In this document: positions 28,372-36,529 of the stretch, in pieces
Position numbering within the stretch: position 1 is the first letter of the stretch
How the letters are laid out: each line of letters begins with the position of its first letter
DNA from: Elusimicrobiota bacterium
GTDB taxonomy: Bacteria > Elusimicrobiota > Elusimicrobia > UBA1565
Assembly: GCA_043819795.1 (NCBI GenBank)
Contig: JBDREN010000155.1
Span: 1-55,856 of the forward strand
Direction of reading: 5' to 3'
DNA: 55,856 nucleotides
Position numbers and translations under genes: made by a program
Notes under the pieces: model-generated
Database searches by the model: none
The model's input: only the letters and a program-made list of their open reading frames with translations
What the model was told of the DNA's origin: nothing

Positions 28372-29178
28372 ATGTGGCCAATCTGGCCACACCATATGGG
28401 GCAACCGATTCGCCGCCCGCTCATCGCGGGCAATTGGAAGATGAACCTCGACCTCAAGGGGTCGGTGGAGCTGGTACGCGCGTTGGCCGAGCAGGTTTCG
28501 AAGGACGGGGGCGGCCCCGAGGTGCTGGTCGCCCCGCCGTTCCCTGCGTTGACGGTGGTGGCTGAGGTCCTCAAAGGGACCGGCATCCTGCTCGGCGGCC
28601 AGAACATGCACTGGGAAGGAAAAGGGGCGTACACGGGGGAGGTGTCGGCCGGCCAGCTCAAGGACGCCGGGTGCTCGGCCGTCATCATCGGCCATTCGGA
28701 GCGGCGCCAGTATTTCGGCGAGACCGACGAAGGCGTGCGTAAGAAGCTCGCCGCGGCCCTGGCGGCGGGACTGACGCCTATCGTCTGCATAGGGGAAACC
28801 CTCGACGAGCGGGAAGACCAGAAGACCTGGCGCGTGCTGGAGACCCAGCTCAAGGGCGGGCTGGAGGGCTTCGCCCCGGCGGACCTGCAGCCGCTCGTCG
28901 TGGCCTACGAGCCCGTCTGGGCCATCGGCACGGGAAAGACGGCCACGCCGGGCCAGGCCCAGGAGGCGCACCTTTTCACGCGGAAGACCGTGGCCAAGCT
29001 TCACGGAGAGGCGCTCGCCCAGTCCATGCGGATCCTGTACGGTGGGTCCGTGAAGCCGGACAACGTCGACATACTGATGGCCGAGCCCGACGTGGACGGA
29101 GCCCTGGTGGGAGGCGCCAGCCTCAAAGCCGACGTATTCCTGCGCATCATCCGGTTCCAGGGGCCCGGGGGGAGCTGA
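28372..29178 (+). CDS. tpiA: Triosephosphate isomerase
   Basis: IAGNWKMN, GAYTGEVS, IIGHSERR, AYEPVWAIGTG, LYGGSVKP, LVGGASL; alternative start 28396. Confidence 0.97.
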   Translation: MWPIWPHHMGQPIRRPLIAGNWKMNLDLKGSVELVRALAEQVSKDGGGPEVLVAPPFPALTVVAEVLKGTGILLGGQNMHWEGKGAYTGEVSAGQLKDAGCSAVIIGHSERRQYFGETDEGVRKKLAAALAAGLTPIVCIGETLDEREDQKTWRVLETQLKGGLEGFAPADLQPLVVAYEPVWAIGTGKTATPGQAQEAHLFTRKTVAKLHGEALAQSMRILYGGSVKPDNVDILMAEPDVDGALVGGASLKADVFLRIIRFQGPGGS

Positions 29179-29204
29179 GCGTCGGTCCAGAGGGACCCGT
29201 CCGC

Positions 29205-29840
29205 ATGCGGCAGAACTCGCAGCTGGCCCAGAAGATCGCCGAGGACTTGATCCTCGGAATGGAGCGGTCGAAGACGCCCGTCCCGGTGGGCGTCTCCAAT
29301 AGGCATTTTCACATCACCGAGGAGCACTGGCGCCGGATATTCGGTGAGCGGGAGCCCAAGATGTTCCGCCGGGTGCGGCAGCCGGGCTTCTGGGCGGCCG
29401 AAGATGTGGTGGATATCGAGGGCCCCAAGGGCCGTCTCAGCCGCGTCCGCCTCGTGGCCCCGTACCGGAAGCATACGCAGGTCGAGGTCTCGCGCTCGGA
29501 CGCGGTGACCCTGGGGCTCGAGCCCCCGGTGAGGGGCTCCGGGAGCCTGAAGGGGGCCGCGCCGATCCGGCTCATCGGGCCCAAGGGCTCCGTGGACGTG
29601 CCCGAGGCGCTCGTCATCGCCCAGCGCCACCTCCATTTCACCCCGGCGGAGGCGCGGCAGCTCAAGGTCGGCGACGGCGACAGCATGCGGGTCCGCGCGG
29701 GCGCCGGAGGGCCGCGCGAGCTCGTCTTCGAGAACGTCCTCGCGCGCGTCTCGGACAAGTTCGCGCTCGAGTTCCACGTCGACACGGATGAAGCGAACGC
29801 CGCGTGGCTCAAGACGGGGGATTTCGTACACTTGGTTTGA
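29205..29840 (+). CDS. pduL: Phosphate acyltransferase PduL (BMC-associated)
   Basis: VGVSNRHFH, QPG.WAA, TQVEVS..DA..LG, IAQRHLH, HVDTDEANAA; N-terminal amphipathic encapsulation-peptide-like helix. Confidence 0.93.
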   Translation: MRQNSQLAQKIAEDLILGMERSKTPVPVGVSNRHFHITEEHWRRIFGEREPKMFRRVRQPGFWAAEDVVDIEGPKGRLSRVRLVAPYRKHTQVEVSRSDAVTLGLEPPVRGSGSLKGAAPIRLIGPKGSVDVPEALVIAQRHLHFTPAEARQLKVGDGDSMRVRAGAGGPRELVFENVLARVSDKFALEFHVDTDEANAAWLKTGDFVHLV

Positions 29841-29947
29841 AGGGCGGGGGACAGGAAGGACATTCTTGTGACTGGATGTCGCATGCCGCGAGAGCTGGAA
29901 GGCTAACAGTGCTCTTGTGATGGAGTTTCCGATAACGCAGCGGACTG

Positions 29948-29974
29948 AGCGCCGCAGGGCGAGCCTGCGGCGCT
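29948..29974 (+). repeat. 27-bp REP-like palindrome, copy 3
   Basis: AGCGCCGCAGG-GCGAG-CCTGCGGCGCT. Confidence 0.8.
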
Positions 29975-30007
29975 AGCATGACTCTGAAGTCAGCATAGGG
30001 AGGCTTA

Positions 30008-30307
30008 ATGGAAGCGCTTGGAATGATCGAGACGAGGGGTTTGGTGGCCTGCGTCGAGGCCGCCGATGCCGCGGTCAAGGCGGCCAACGTGCAGATCGTG
30101 GGCTACGAGAAGGTCGGGACCGGCCTGGTGACGGTCCTGTTCCGCGGCGAGGTCGCGGCGTGCCGGGCCAGCTGCGACGCCGGCGGCGCGGCCGCGCAGA
30201 GGGTCGGGGAGCTTATCGCGGTCCACGTCATCCCGCAGCCGCACTCGGACCTCGAGGGCAAGATGCCCATCTCCCTTCCGGAGACCGCGGGCCGGGGCCG
30301 CAAGTAG
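30008..30307 (+). CDS. BMC-H shell hexamer (EutM/PduA-like)
   Basis: [11 protein letters not shown]...[12 protein letters not shown]...GEVAA...HVIPQPH. Confidence 0.95.
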   Translation: MEALGMIETRGLVACVEAADAAVKAANVQIVGYEKVGTGLVTVLFRGEVAACRASCDAGGAAAQRVGELIAVHVIPQPHSDLEGKMPISLPETAGRGRK

Positions 30308-30346
30308 GAGCTTCTTCCGTCCGTCCGGACGGGGGCAGGAGGGAGC

Positions 30347-30670
30347 ATGATATTCGCGAGAGTGATCGGGAACGTCGTCTCCACGAACAAGGACGAGAAG
30401 CTCGTCGGCAAGAAGCTTCTGCTGGTCCAGCCCACGGAGCTCGGCTCCGGCGGGGGCGCTAGGGGGAATCCTCTCGTCGCCGTGGACACCGTGGGGGCGG
30501 GGGAAGGGGAGCTGGTCCTGCTGGTGCAGGGGTCTTCGGCCCGGCAGACGGCGCTCACCGAGGGGCATCCGGTCGATTGCGCGATCGCGGCCATCATCGA
30601 CTACGTGGAGAGCGGCGGGACGCTCGTCTTCGAGAAGAGCAAGGACAAGGACTACCCGGCCAGGCGCTGA
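30347..30670 (+). CDS. BMC-P shell pentamer (EutN/CcmL family)
   Basis: ARVIGNVVST.K...KLLLVQ...VAVDTVGAGEGELVL..QGSSAR...DCAI.AIID. Confidence 0.95.
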   Translation: MIFARVIGNVVSTNKDEKLVGKKLLLVQPTELGSGGGARGNPLVAVDTVGAGEGELVLLVQGSSARQTALTEGHPVDCAIAAIIDYVESGGTLVFEKSKDKDYPARR

Positions 30671-30695
30671 ATGCGGCGCGCCGGGCGGGGGCATC

Positions 30696-32153
30696 GTGGA
30701 TAAGAGCGAGATAGCGGGTATCGTCGCCGAGGTCCTCAATCGCCTGGAGGACCGCGCGCCCGGCCTCGGGGCCGTCGCGTCCGCGGCCGGGTCCGCGGCG
30801 CGGGGGGGAGCCTCGGGCGCCGGGGACTTCGTCTATTCGGACCTCGACGCGGCCGTGGCCGCGTGCGCCCGCGCACAGGCCGGGTTCCAGGAAATGGGGC
30901 TCGAGCAGCGCGGGAGGATCATCGACGCGATGCGCAGGGCCGGCATCGACAACGCGGAGCCCCTCGCCCGCATGGCGCGCGACGAGACGGGCATGGGCCG
31001 CTACGAGGACAAGGTCCGGAAGAACCTGCTGGTCTCGACCAAGACTCCGGGCCTCGAGGACCTGCACGCCGAAGCCTACACGGGGGACAAGGGGCTGACG
31101 CTCGTGGAGTACGCCCCCTTCGGCGTGGTCGGCGCCGTGACCCCCTCGACCAACCCGACCTCGACGATCATCAACAACTCGATCTCGATCCTGGCCGGGG
31201 GCAACAGCGTCCTCTTCGCGCCGCATCCGGCCGCCGTCAAGTGCTGCCGCGAGACGATGCGCCTGCTGGGCGAGGCGATCGTAGCGGCCGGCGGGCCGCG
31301 CGGGTTGATCGCGACGGTCGATCCGGCCTCGCAGGAGGGGACGCGGGCGCTCCTGGCCCATCCCGGCGTCCGCTTGAACCTGGTGACCGGGGGGCCGGCG
31401 ATCGTCAAGATCGCGATGACGGTCGGCAAGAGCTGCAAGACGATCGCCGCCGGCCCCGGGAACCCCCCGGTCGTCGTCGATGAGACCGCTCTTCTGCCGA
31501 AGGCGGCCGAGGACATCATCTCGGGCGCGTCCTTCGACAACAACGTCCTGTGCACGGCGGAGAAGGAGGTCATCGTCGTCGAGGCGGCCAAGGCGCGTTT
31601 CCTGGAGGCCATGCGGCGCGACCCGCGCGGCTACGAGCTCAGCCCCTCCCAGATCGACGCGGTCACCAAGCTCGTGATCGTGGAGGGCGGCAAGGGCTGC
31701 AAGGACCCGCGCCTGAACCGGGAGTTCGTGGGCAAGGACGCCGCGGTCATCGCGCGGGGCATCGGGCTCGACGTGCCCGAGCGGACCAGGCTGCTCTGGG
31801 CCGAGGTGCCGCCCGACCACCCCTTCATCTGGGTCGAGCAGCTCATGCCGGTCCTGCCGGTCACCTCGGCCCGGGACGTGGAGTCGGCCGTGGAGTTCGC
31901 CTACGAGGCCGAGGGAGAGAACCACCACACCTCCGCCATGCACTCGATGAACGTGGCGAATTTGACGCTCATGGGGCGGCGCATGGCGTGCTCGATCTAC
32001 GTCAAGAACGCGCCGACCTACTACGGCCTCGGCATGGGAGAGGGCTACGCTTCGGTGTCGATCGGGACGCCGACCGGCGACGGGCTGACGAAGGCGCGCC
32101 ACTTCGTCCGGCCGCTGCAGTGCAGCCTCGTCGGCTACTTCCGCATCGCTTAA
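30696..32153 (+). CDS. CoA-acylating aldehyde dehydrogenase (EutE/PduP-like)
   Basis: ETGMGRYEDK..KN, TPG.EDL, PFGVVGAVTPSTNP, AGPGNPPVVVDETA, SFDNNVLCTAEKE; N-terminal encapsulation-peptide-like helix. Confidence 0.95.
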   Translation: MDKSEIAGIVAEVLNRLEDRAPGLGAVASAAGSAARGGASGAGDFVYSDLDAAVAACARAQAGFQEMGLEQRGRIIDAMRRAGIDNAEPLARMARDETGMGRYEDKVRKNLLVSTKTPGLEDLHAEAYTGDKGLTLVEYAPFGVVGAVTPSTNPTSTIINNSISILAGGNSVLFAPHPAAVKCCRETMRLLGEAIVAAGGPRGLIATVDPASQEGTRALLAHPGVRLNLVTGGPAIVKIAMTVGKSCKTIAAGPGNPPVVVDETALLPKAAEDIISGASFDNNVLCTAEKEVIVVEAAKARFLEAMRRDPRGYELSPSQIDAVTKLVIVEGGKGCKDPRLNREFVGKDAAVIARGIGLDVPERTRLLWAEVPPDHPFIWVEQLMPVLPVTSARDVESAVEFAYEAEGENHHTSAMHSMNVANLTLMGRRMACSIYVKNAPTYYGLGMGEGYASVSIGTPTGDGLTKARHFVRPLQCSLVGYFRIA

Positions 32154-32165
32154 GGAGAGACGAAT

Positions 32166-32717
32166 ATGCAGGCGAACATCGCTATTGGACTCCTGGAGAC
32201 CTCGTCGATCGCGAAAGGGATCGAGGCCTCGGACGCCATGTGCAAGATGGCGGGGGTCGAGCTCGTGAAGGCGGACATCATCGCCCGGGGCAAGTACATG
32301 ATCCTCGTGTCGGGACCGGTGGGGGAGGTCGAGTCCGCCATGAGGGCGGGCGCGCAGACGGCGGACCGGACCGTCGTCCATAGGGTCATCATCCGGAACG
32401 TTCACCAGCACGTTCTCGACGCGCTCGAGAAGCGCAGGACGGTCCCGGAGCTCGACGCGCTCGGCGTCATCGAGACGAAGGACGCGATCGCGGCCGTCCA
32501 CGCGGCCGACAGCGCGGCCAAGGCGGCCAAGGTGCACCTGATCGACGTCCGCGTGGCGATCGGCGGAGGCAAGGGGTACGTCTCGATGACCGGCGACGTG
32601 GGCGCCGTCCGGACGGCCGTCGGCGCGGGCATCGCGGCCGTGCCGGAGGGGATGCTGGTCAGCCGCGTCGTCATCCCCCGGCCCGACCGCCAGCTTTTGA
32701 GGACGATGGGGAAATAA
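32166..32717 (+). CDS. BMC-T tandem-domain shell protein (PduT-like)
   Basis: AIGLLETSSIAKGIEASDAM...GKY; second domain ALGVIET...AADSAAKAA...IGGGKG. Confidence 0.9.
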   Translation: MQANIAIGLLETSSIAKGIEASDAMCKMAGVELVKADIIARGKYMILVSGPVGEVESAMRAGAQTADRTVVHRVIIRNVHQHVLDALEKRRTVPELDALGVIETKDAIAAVHAADSAAKAAKVHLIDVRVAIGGGKGYVSMTGDVGAVRTAVGAGIAAVPEGMLVSRVVIPRPDRQLLRTMGK

Positions 32718-32718
32718 C

Positions 32719-33168
32719 ATGCGAATAGTCATAGGCTCGGACCACGCCGGCTTCGAGGCCAAGGAGAAGCTCAAGAGGTTCCTCCAGGGCCAGGGCCATG
32801 AGGTCGTCGATTTCGGCTGCTACAAGGCGGAGTCGGTGGACTATCCCGACGTGGCGCAGCTCGTCGCCGAGGCGGTCGCGCGGGGCGAGTTCGACCGGGG
32901 CGTGCTCCTCGATGGGTTCGGCGGGGCCGTGGCTCTGGCGGCCAACAAGGTCCGCGGCGCGCGCGCGGTCTGCGCCTACGACAGCGTCAGCGCCCGCTTC
33001 GCGATGGCGCACGAGGACGCGAACGTGCTCTGCCTGGGCGGCAAGACGCACGGCGAGGTGGCGCTCAATGAGATCGCGGGCGTGTTCTTCGGGACCGTGT
33101 TCGAGGGCGGCCGCCACGAGCGCCGTCTGGCCAAGGTCGCGGCCATCGAGGCGCAGTACAAGCGATGA
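32719..33168 (+). CDS. rpiB: Ribose-5-phosphate isomerase B family
   Basis: IGSDHAG, DYPD, ANKVRGARA, HEDANVLCLG, FEGGRHERR. Confidence 0.92.
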   Translation: MRIVIGSDHAGFEAKEKLKRFLQGQGHEVVDFGCYKAESVDYPDVAQLVAEAVARGEFDRGVLLDGFGGAVALAANKVRGARAVCAYDSVSARFAMAHEDANVLCLGGKTHGEVALNEIAGVFFGTVFEGGRHERRLAKVAAIEAQYKR

Positions 33169-33464
33169 AGTACGCGCGGGTCATCGGCCGCGTGACCTGC
33201 TCGCGGCAGTATGAGACTCTGGACGGCAAGAAGCTGCTGCTCATCCAGCCCCTCGGCTGGGAGGACGGCGAGCCGCGCGGCGGCCCGGTCGTCGCGGCCG
33301 ACGCGGTGGGCGCGGGCGCCTCGGAATACGTGTTCTGGGTCGCGGCCCGCGAGGCCGCCGTGGCCTTCCCGGACGTGCCGCCGATCGACGCGGCCATCGT
33401 CGGCATCGTGGAAGGCCGTCAGGTGAGGGATTTTCGGGCGAAAGAACGGCAGAGGAAGGCCTGA
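33165..33464 (+). CDS. BMC-P shell pentamer (EutN/CcmL family)
   Basis: ARVIGRV, KLLLIQP, VAADAVGAG, PIDAAIVGIVE. Confidence 0.92.
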   Translation: MKYARVIGRVTCSRQYETLDGKKLLLIQPLGWEDGEPRGGPVVAADAVGAGASEYVFWVAAREAAVAFPDVPPIDAAIVGIVEGRQVRDFRAKERQRKA

Positions 33465-33558
33465 TGAAGAAGCACGGCCCCCCGACAGAAACCGCCCCCC
33501 GTGGGGGGGCGGTTGACATCCCCCCGAGGGGGGGCGCTGGCAGGAGGACCGCGTAACC

Positions 33559-33855
33559 ATGATCGTGGCGGAGGTGGTGGGCAACGTCTGGGGACAGTAC
33601 AAGCACCCGAGCCTCGACAAGAAGAGGCTTCTCATCGTGCGCCCGATCGATCCCGTTACCGAGAAGCCGCTGGGCGAGCCGCTGATGGCGGTCGACGGCG
33701 GCGTGCAGGCGGGACCGGGGAGCGTCGTTCTGGTCGTGGACGAGGGGGGCTCCGCCCGGCAGATACTGAAGGACGAGAAGGCGCCCGTCCGGACCGTCAT
33801 CTGCGGCGTCATTGACAGCGTCTATATGAGAGGGAGCCACAAACGTTATGCATGA
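33559..33855 (+). CDS. BMC-P shell pentamer (EutN/CcmL family)
   Basis: EVVGNVW..KHP.L...[25 protein letters not shown]. Confidence 0.92.
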   Translation: MIVAEVVGNVWGQYKHPSLDKKRLLIVRPIDPVTEKPLGEPLMAVDGGVQAGPGSVVLVVDEGGSARQILKDEKAPVRTVICGVIDSVYMRGSHKRYA

Positions 33856-35002
33856 GCGCGAGTTGAGAGCTGTCGTCGAGACCGTCGTGAAGGTCCTGGC
33901 CGAGATGGGCCTGCTCAAGGAAGAGCGCGGCTGCGCGTCGGCCCCATCGCCGCACCTGCCGCCCACGCCCTTCCCGAGGGCGTCCGGCACGGCGCCCCTG
34001 CCGGGACGCTGCCCGGACAGCTGCCCGGACAGCTGCCCGGACAGGGGAGCCGGCCCCTGCGAGCCGGCGGTGCGGGCCCGCGGCGAGGGGGATGTCCGCG
34101 TGACCACCGGCACGGCGGGCAAAGTATTCGGGCAGGAGTGGACTTTCGGAAGGCCCGCGCCCTCAACAGCCGCCGCGGACGGCGAGCGGGAGCACACGCA
34201 CGGGCCGGATTGCCCCCATTGCTTGGCGCTTTCGAAAGTCGGCCCCAACGAGCTCCGGGCGCTGGGCGCCGACCGCATCGGCGTCTGCCACCCAACGAAG
34301 AACTGCAACGAGATCGCGCCGAGCGTCGATCATACGCTGCTCAAGCCGGGGGCGACGCAGGAGGAGATCGCGAAGCTCTGCGACGAGGCGCGCACGTACT
34401 GCTTCGCCTCCGTGTGCGTGAATCCGGCGTACGTCGCGCTGGCGGCGCGCCTGCTGCGGGGCTCGGGGGTCCTGGTCTGCACCGTGGTCGGCTTCCCGCT
34501 CGGCTCGACGACCCCGACGGTGAAGGCGATCGAGGCCCGCGACGCGATCGCGAACGGCGCCGGCGAGATCGACATGGTCCTCAACGTGGGCGCGCTGAAG
34601 TCGGGCAACGACGCGTTCGTTCGCGACGACATGCGAGCGGTGCGCGACGCCACTCGGGGACGGGTGCTCAAGGTCATCCTCGAGACGGCCCTTCTGACGG
34701 ACGACGAGAAGACGCGGGCCTGCCGGATCGCGAAAGAGGTCGGGGCCGACTTCGTGAAGACCTCGACGGGGTTCGGTCCCGGCGGCGCGACGGTGGAGGA
34801 TATCCGGCTCATGCGCGGGACGGTCGGCCCGCTCATGGGCGTCAAGGCCTCGGGCGGCATCCGGGACGCGGCGATGGCCCAGGCGATGATCGATGCCGGG
34901 GCGACGCGTCTGGGGACTTCGGCGAGCGTGGCGATCGTGACCGATCGCGCGCCCGGCGCGGGGGAGCCTAAGGGGGCGGGCGGCAAGCCCCCGGCGTATT
35001 GA
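33848..35002 (+). CDS. deoC: Deoxyribose-phosphate aldolase with N-terminal encapsulation-peptide-like helix and expanded linker
   Basis: [60 protein letters not shown]. Confidence 0.95.
   Translation: MHERELRAVVETVVKVLAEMGLLKEERGCASAPSPHLPPTPFPRASGTAPLPGRCPDSCPDSCPDRGAGPCEPAVRARGEGDVRVTTGTAGKVFGQEWTFGRPAPSTAAADGEREHTHGPDCPHCLALSKVGPNELRALGADRIGVCHPTKNCNEIAPSVDHTLLKPGATQEEIAKLCDEARTYCFASVCVNPAYVALAARLLRGSGVLVCTVVGFPLGSTTPTVKAIEARDAIANGAGEIDMVLNVGALKSGNDAFVRDDMRAVRDATRGRVLKVILETALLTDDEKTRACRIAKEVGADFVKTSTGFGPGGATVEDIRLMRGTVGPLMGVKASGGIRDAAMAQAMIDAGATRLGTSASVAIVTDRAPGAGEPKGAGGKPPAY
33948..34044 (+). repeat. 63-bp intragenic repeat (read [19 protein letters not shown]) followed by 3 x 12-bp CTGCCCGGACAG
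   Basis: CGCCGCACCTGCCGCCCACGCCCTTCCCGAGGGCGTCCGGCACGGCGCCCCTGCCGGG at 33948-34005; 12-mers at 34009-34044. Confidence 0.88.
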
Positions 35003-35048
35003 GCGTCGTGGCCCGCGGCTATCGGGGCCGCAGGAGGATCGCGGAGGC

Positions 35049-35648
35049 ATGAAGAAGAAGATCAGGGTGAGGATCGATCTCGAGTGCGGCGCCTGCGGGG
35101 CCCTCTTCCACCGCGGAGAGGTCCCGACGGACCCCGGATCGAGCGCCTCGACGGATATGCCGAAGGCGCGGGGCAGAAGCGTCGTCTCCGAGGGGTCCGA
35201 GCGTCGCGGCTCCGTGGGGCCTCTGCGCGCGGGCCACGAGGAGGATGCCAAGGGGTCCGAGCACTCCGGCCTCCAGCCGAATCCCGAGGGGTCCGAGCAC
35301 CTCGGCCCTGGCGGGCCGCCGCACCGCGGCCCCCAGCCGAATCCCGAGGGGTCCGAGCACCGCGGCCCTGGCGGGCCGCCGCACTCCGGCCCCCAGGTGA
35401 ATCCCAAGGGGTCCGAGCACCTCGGCCCTGCCGGGCCGCTGCGGTTCTGCGCGTGCTGCGGCGCGGCCTACGAGCGGTACTGCATCCTGTGCAGGAGGAA
35501 GGTCGGGATGTATTTCGAGGAGTGGTGGCCCGAGGACGACGAATGCGTCCGGACCTACACCTCCGCGAGGCGTTGTCCGACGTGCAACGCGGATCTTGAA
35601 GGAGGGCCCCGGGATGGGCCCCTCAACGGATCCGCTTACGAGCATTAG
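35049..35648 (+). CDS. Double zinc-ribbon protein interrupted by tandem repeats
   Basis: CGAC, CACC, CILC, CPTC pairs; SD GGAGG; 60-bp repeats between first and second pair. Confidence 0.7.
   Translation: MKKKIRVRIDLECGACGALFHRGEVPTDPGSSASTDMPKARGRSVVSEGSERRGSVGPLRAGHEEDAKGSEHSGLQPNPEGSEHLGPGGPPHRGPQPNPEGSEHRGPGGPPHSGPQVNPKGSEHLGPAGPLRFCACCGAAYERYCILCRRKVGMYFEEWWPEDDECVRTYTSARRCPTCNADLEGGPRDGPLNGSAYEH
35248..35440 (+). repeat. 60-bp tandem repeat (QPNPEGSEH.GPGGPPH.GP)
   Basis: ATCCCGAGGGGTCCGAGCAC recurs at 35281, 35341 and (variant) 35401. Confidence 0.9.
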
Positions 35649-35675
35649 GATTTTCCGGAAAAGGAGAAGACAACG

Positions 35676-35975
35676 ATGGCTGAGATCAAGGAAGCGCTGG
35701 GGTTGGTCGAGACGAAGGGGTTCGTCGGCATGATCGAGGCGACCGACGCCATGGCCAAAGCCGCCAAGGTGCGCATGCTCGGCTACGAACGGATCGGCGC
35801 CGGGCTCGTCACGACGCTGTGTCGCGGCGAAGTCGGCGCGGTCCGGGCGGGGGTGGAAGCGGGGGCCGCGGCCGCCCAGCGGGTCGGGGAGCTCGTCTCG
35901 GTCCACGTCATCCCGCGGCCGCACGGCGATCTCGAGAAGTACCTCGACAAGATCGCGATCAAGACCGGGGGCTGA
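35676..35975 (+). CDS. BMC-H shell hexamer
   Basis: [10 protein letters not shown]...[10 protein letters not shown]...GEVGAVRA...HVIPRPH. Confidence 0.95.
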   Translation: MAEIKEALGLVETKGFVGMIEATDAMAKAAKVRMLGYERIGAGLVTTLCRGEVGAVRAGVEAGAAAAQRVGELVSVHVIPRPHGDLEKYLDKIAIKTGG

Positions 35976-36159
35976 CCGGCGCCGGCCCGGGACCGCTGGT
36001 GATACACTACACTGGGGTCCAGCGCCGCGCGCTTTAAGGAAAGGGGCTGGGGCGCCGGGAACGGGGCCGCGGCCGGGTGGGCGCGGGACGGCGAGTCCGG
36101 GGTCCGCCTGGGACCGCGCATCGCCGTGAGGCGTGCTCCGGCGTGACCGTAACGACACC

Positions 36160-36447
36160 ATGTTCACGCGCAGCGACTTCATCGACGCAGTCCTCAGGCA
36201 CGTTGGCACCCCCGCGGGCGGTGGCCCGCGCGGCGGAACGTCCGCCCCGGGCGGGCGACCGCGGGCGTCTGACGGGACCCGCCTCCCCCCTCTCAAGGGC
36301 CGCCGGTTTCTGACGGATGACGAGGCTAGAAAGGCGTTGACTCCCGGGGCGCAACTCCTTACAATACCTGGAGACGCGATTGTCAGTCCTCTGGCGCTCG
36401 AATGGCTGGCGCTGGAGGGGATACGGGTCGTGCGTTCATCCTCCTGA
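36160..36447 (+). CDS. Small BMC-locus accessory protein
   Basis: FLTDDE...LTIPGDAIVSPLALEWL...GIRVV resembles the short ITPLA.D-type domain seen in metabolosome accessory proteins. Confidence 0.6.
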   Translation: MFTRSDFIDAVLRHVGTPAGGGPRGGTSAPGGRPRASDGTRLPPLKGRRFLTDDEARKALTPGAQLLTIPGDAIVSPLALEWLALEGIRVVRSSS

Positions 36448-36529
36448 GGCGGCCTCATCCCGGGGTCCCGAAGGCTTGATTTTCGCGCGTCCGGGTCGCT
36501 CTTCCCATGTCTGGCGGAGGATTTCTCAT

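Noticed and set aside
33488..33535. TTGACA at ~33512 as an internal BMC promoter
   Set aside because: No -10 element at proper spacing; it overlaps a GC hairpin (AACCGCCCCCC-GT-GGGGGGCGGTT)
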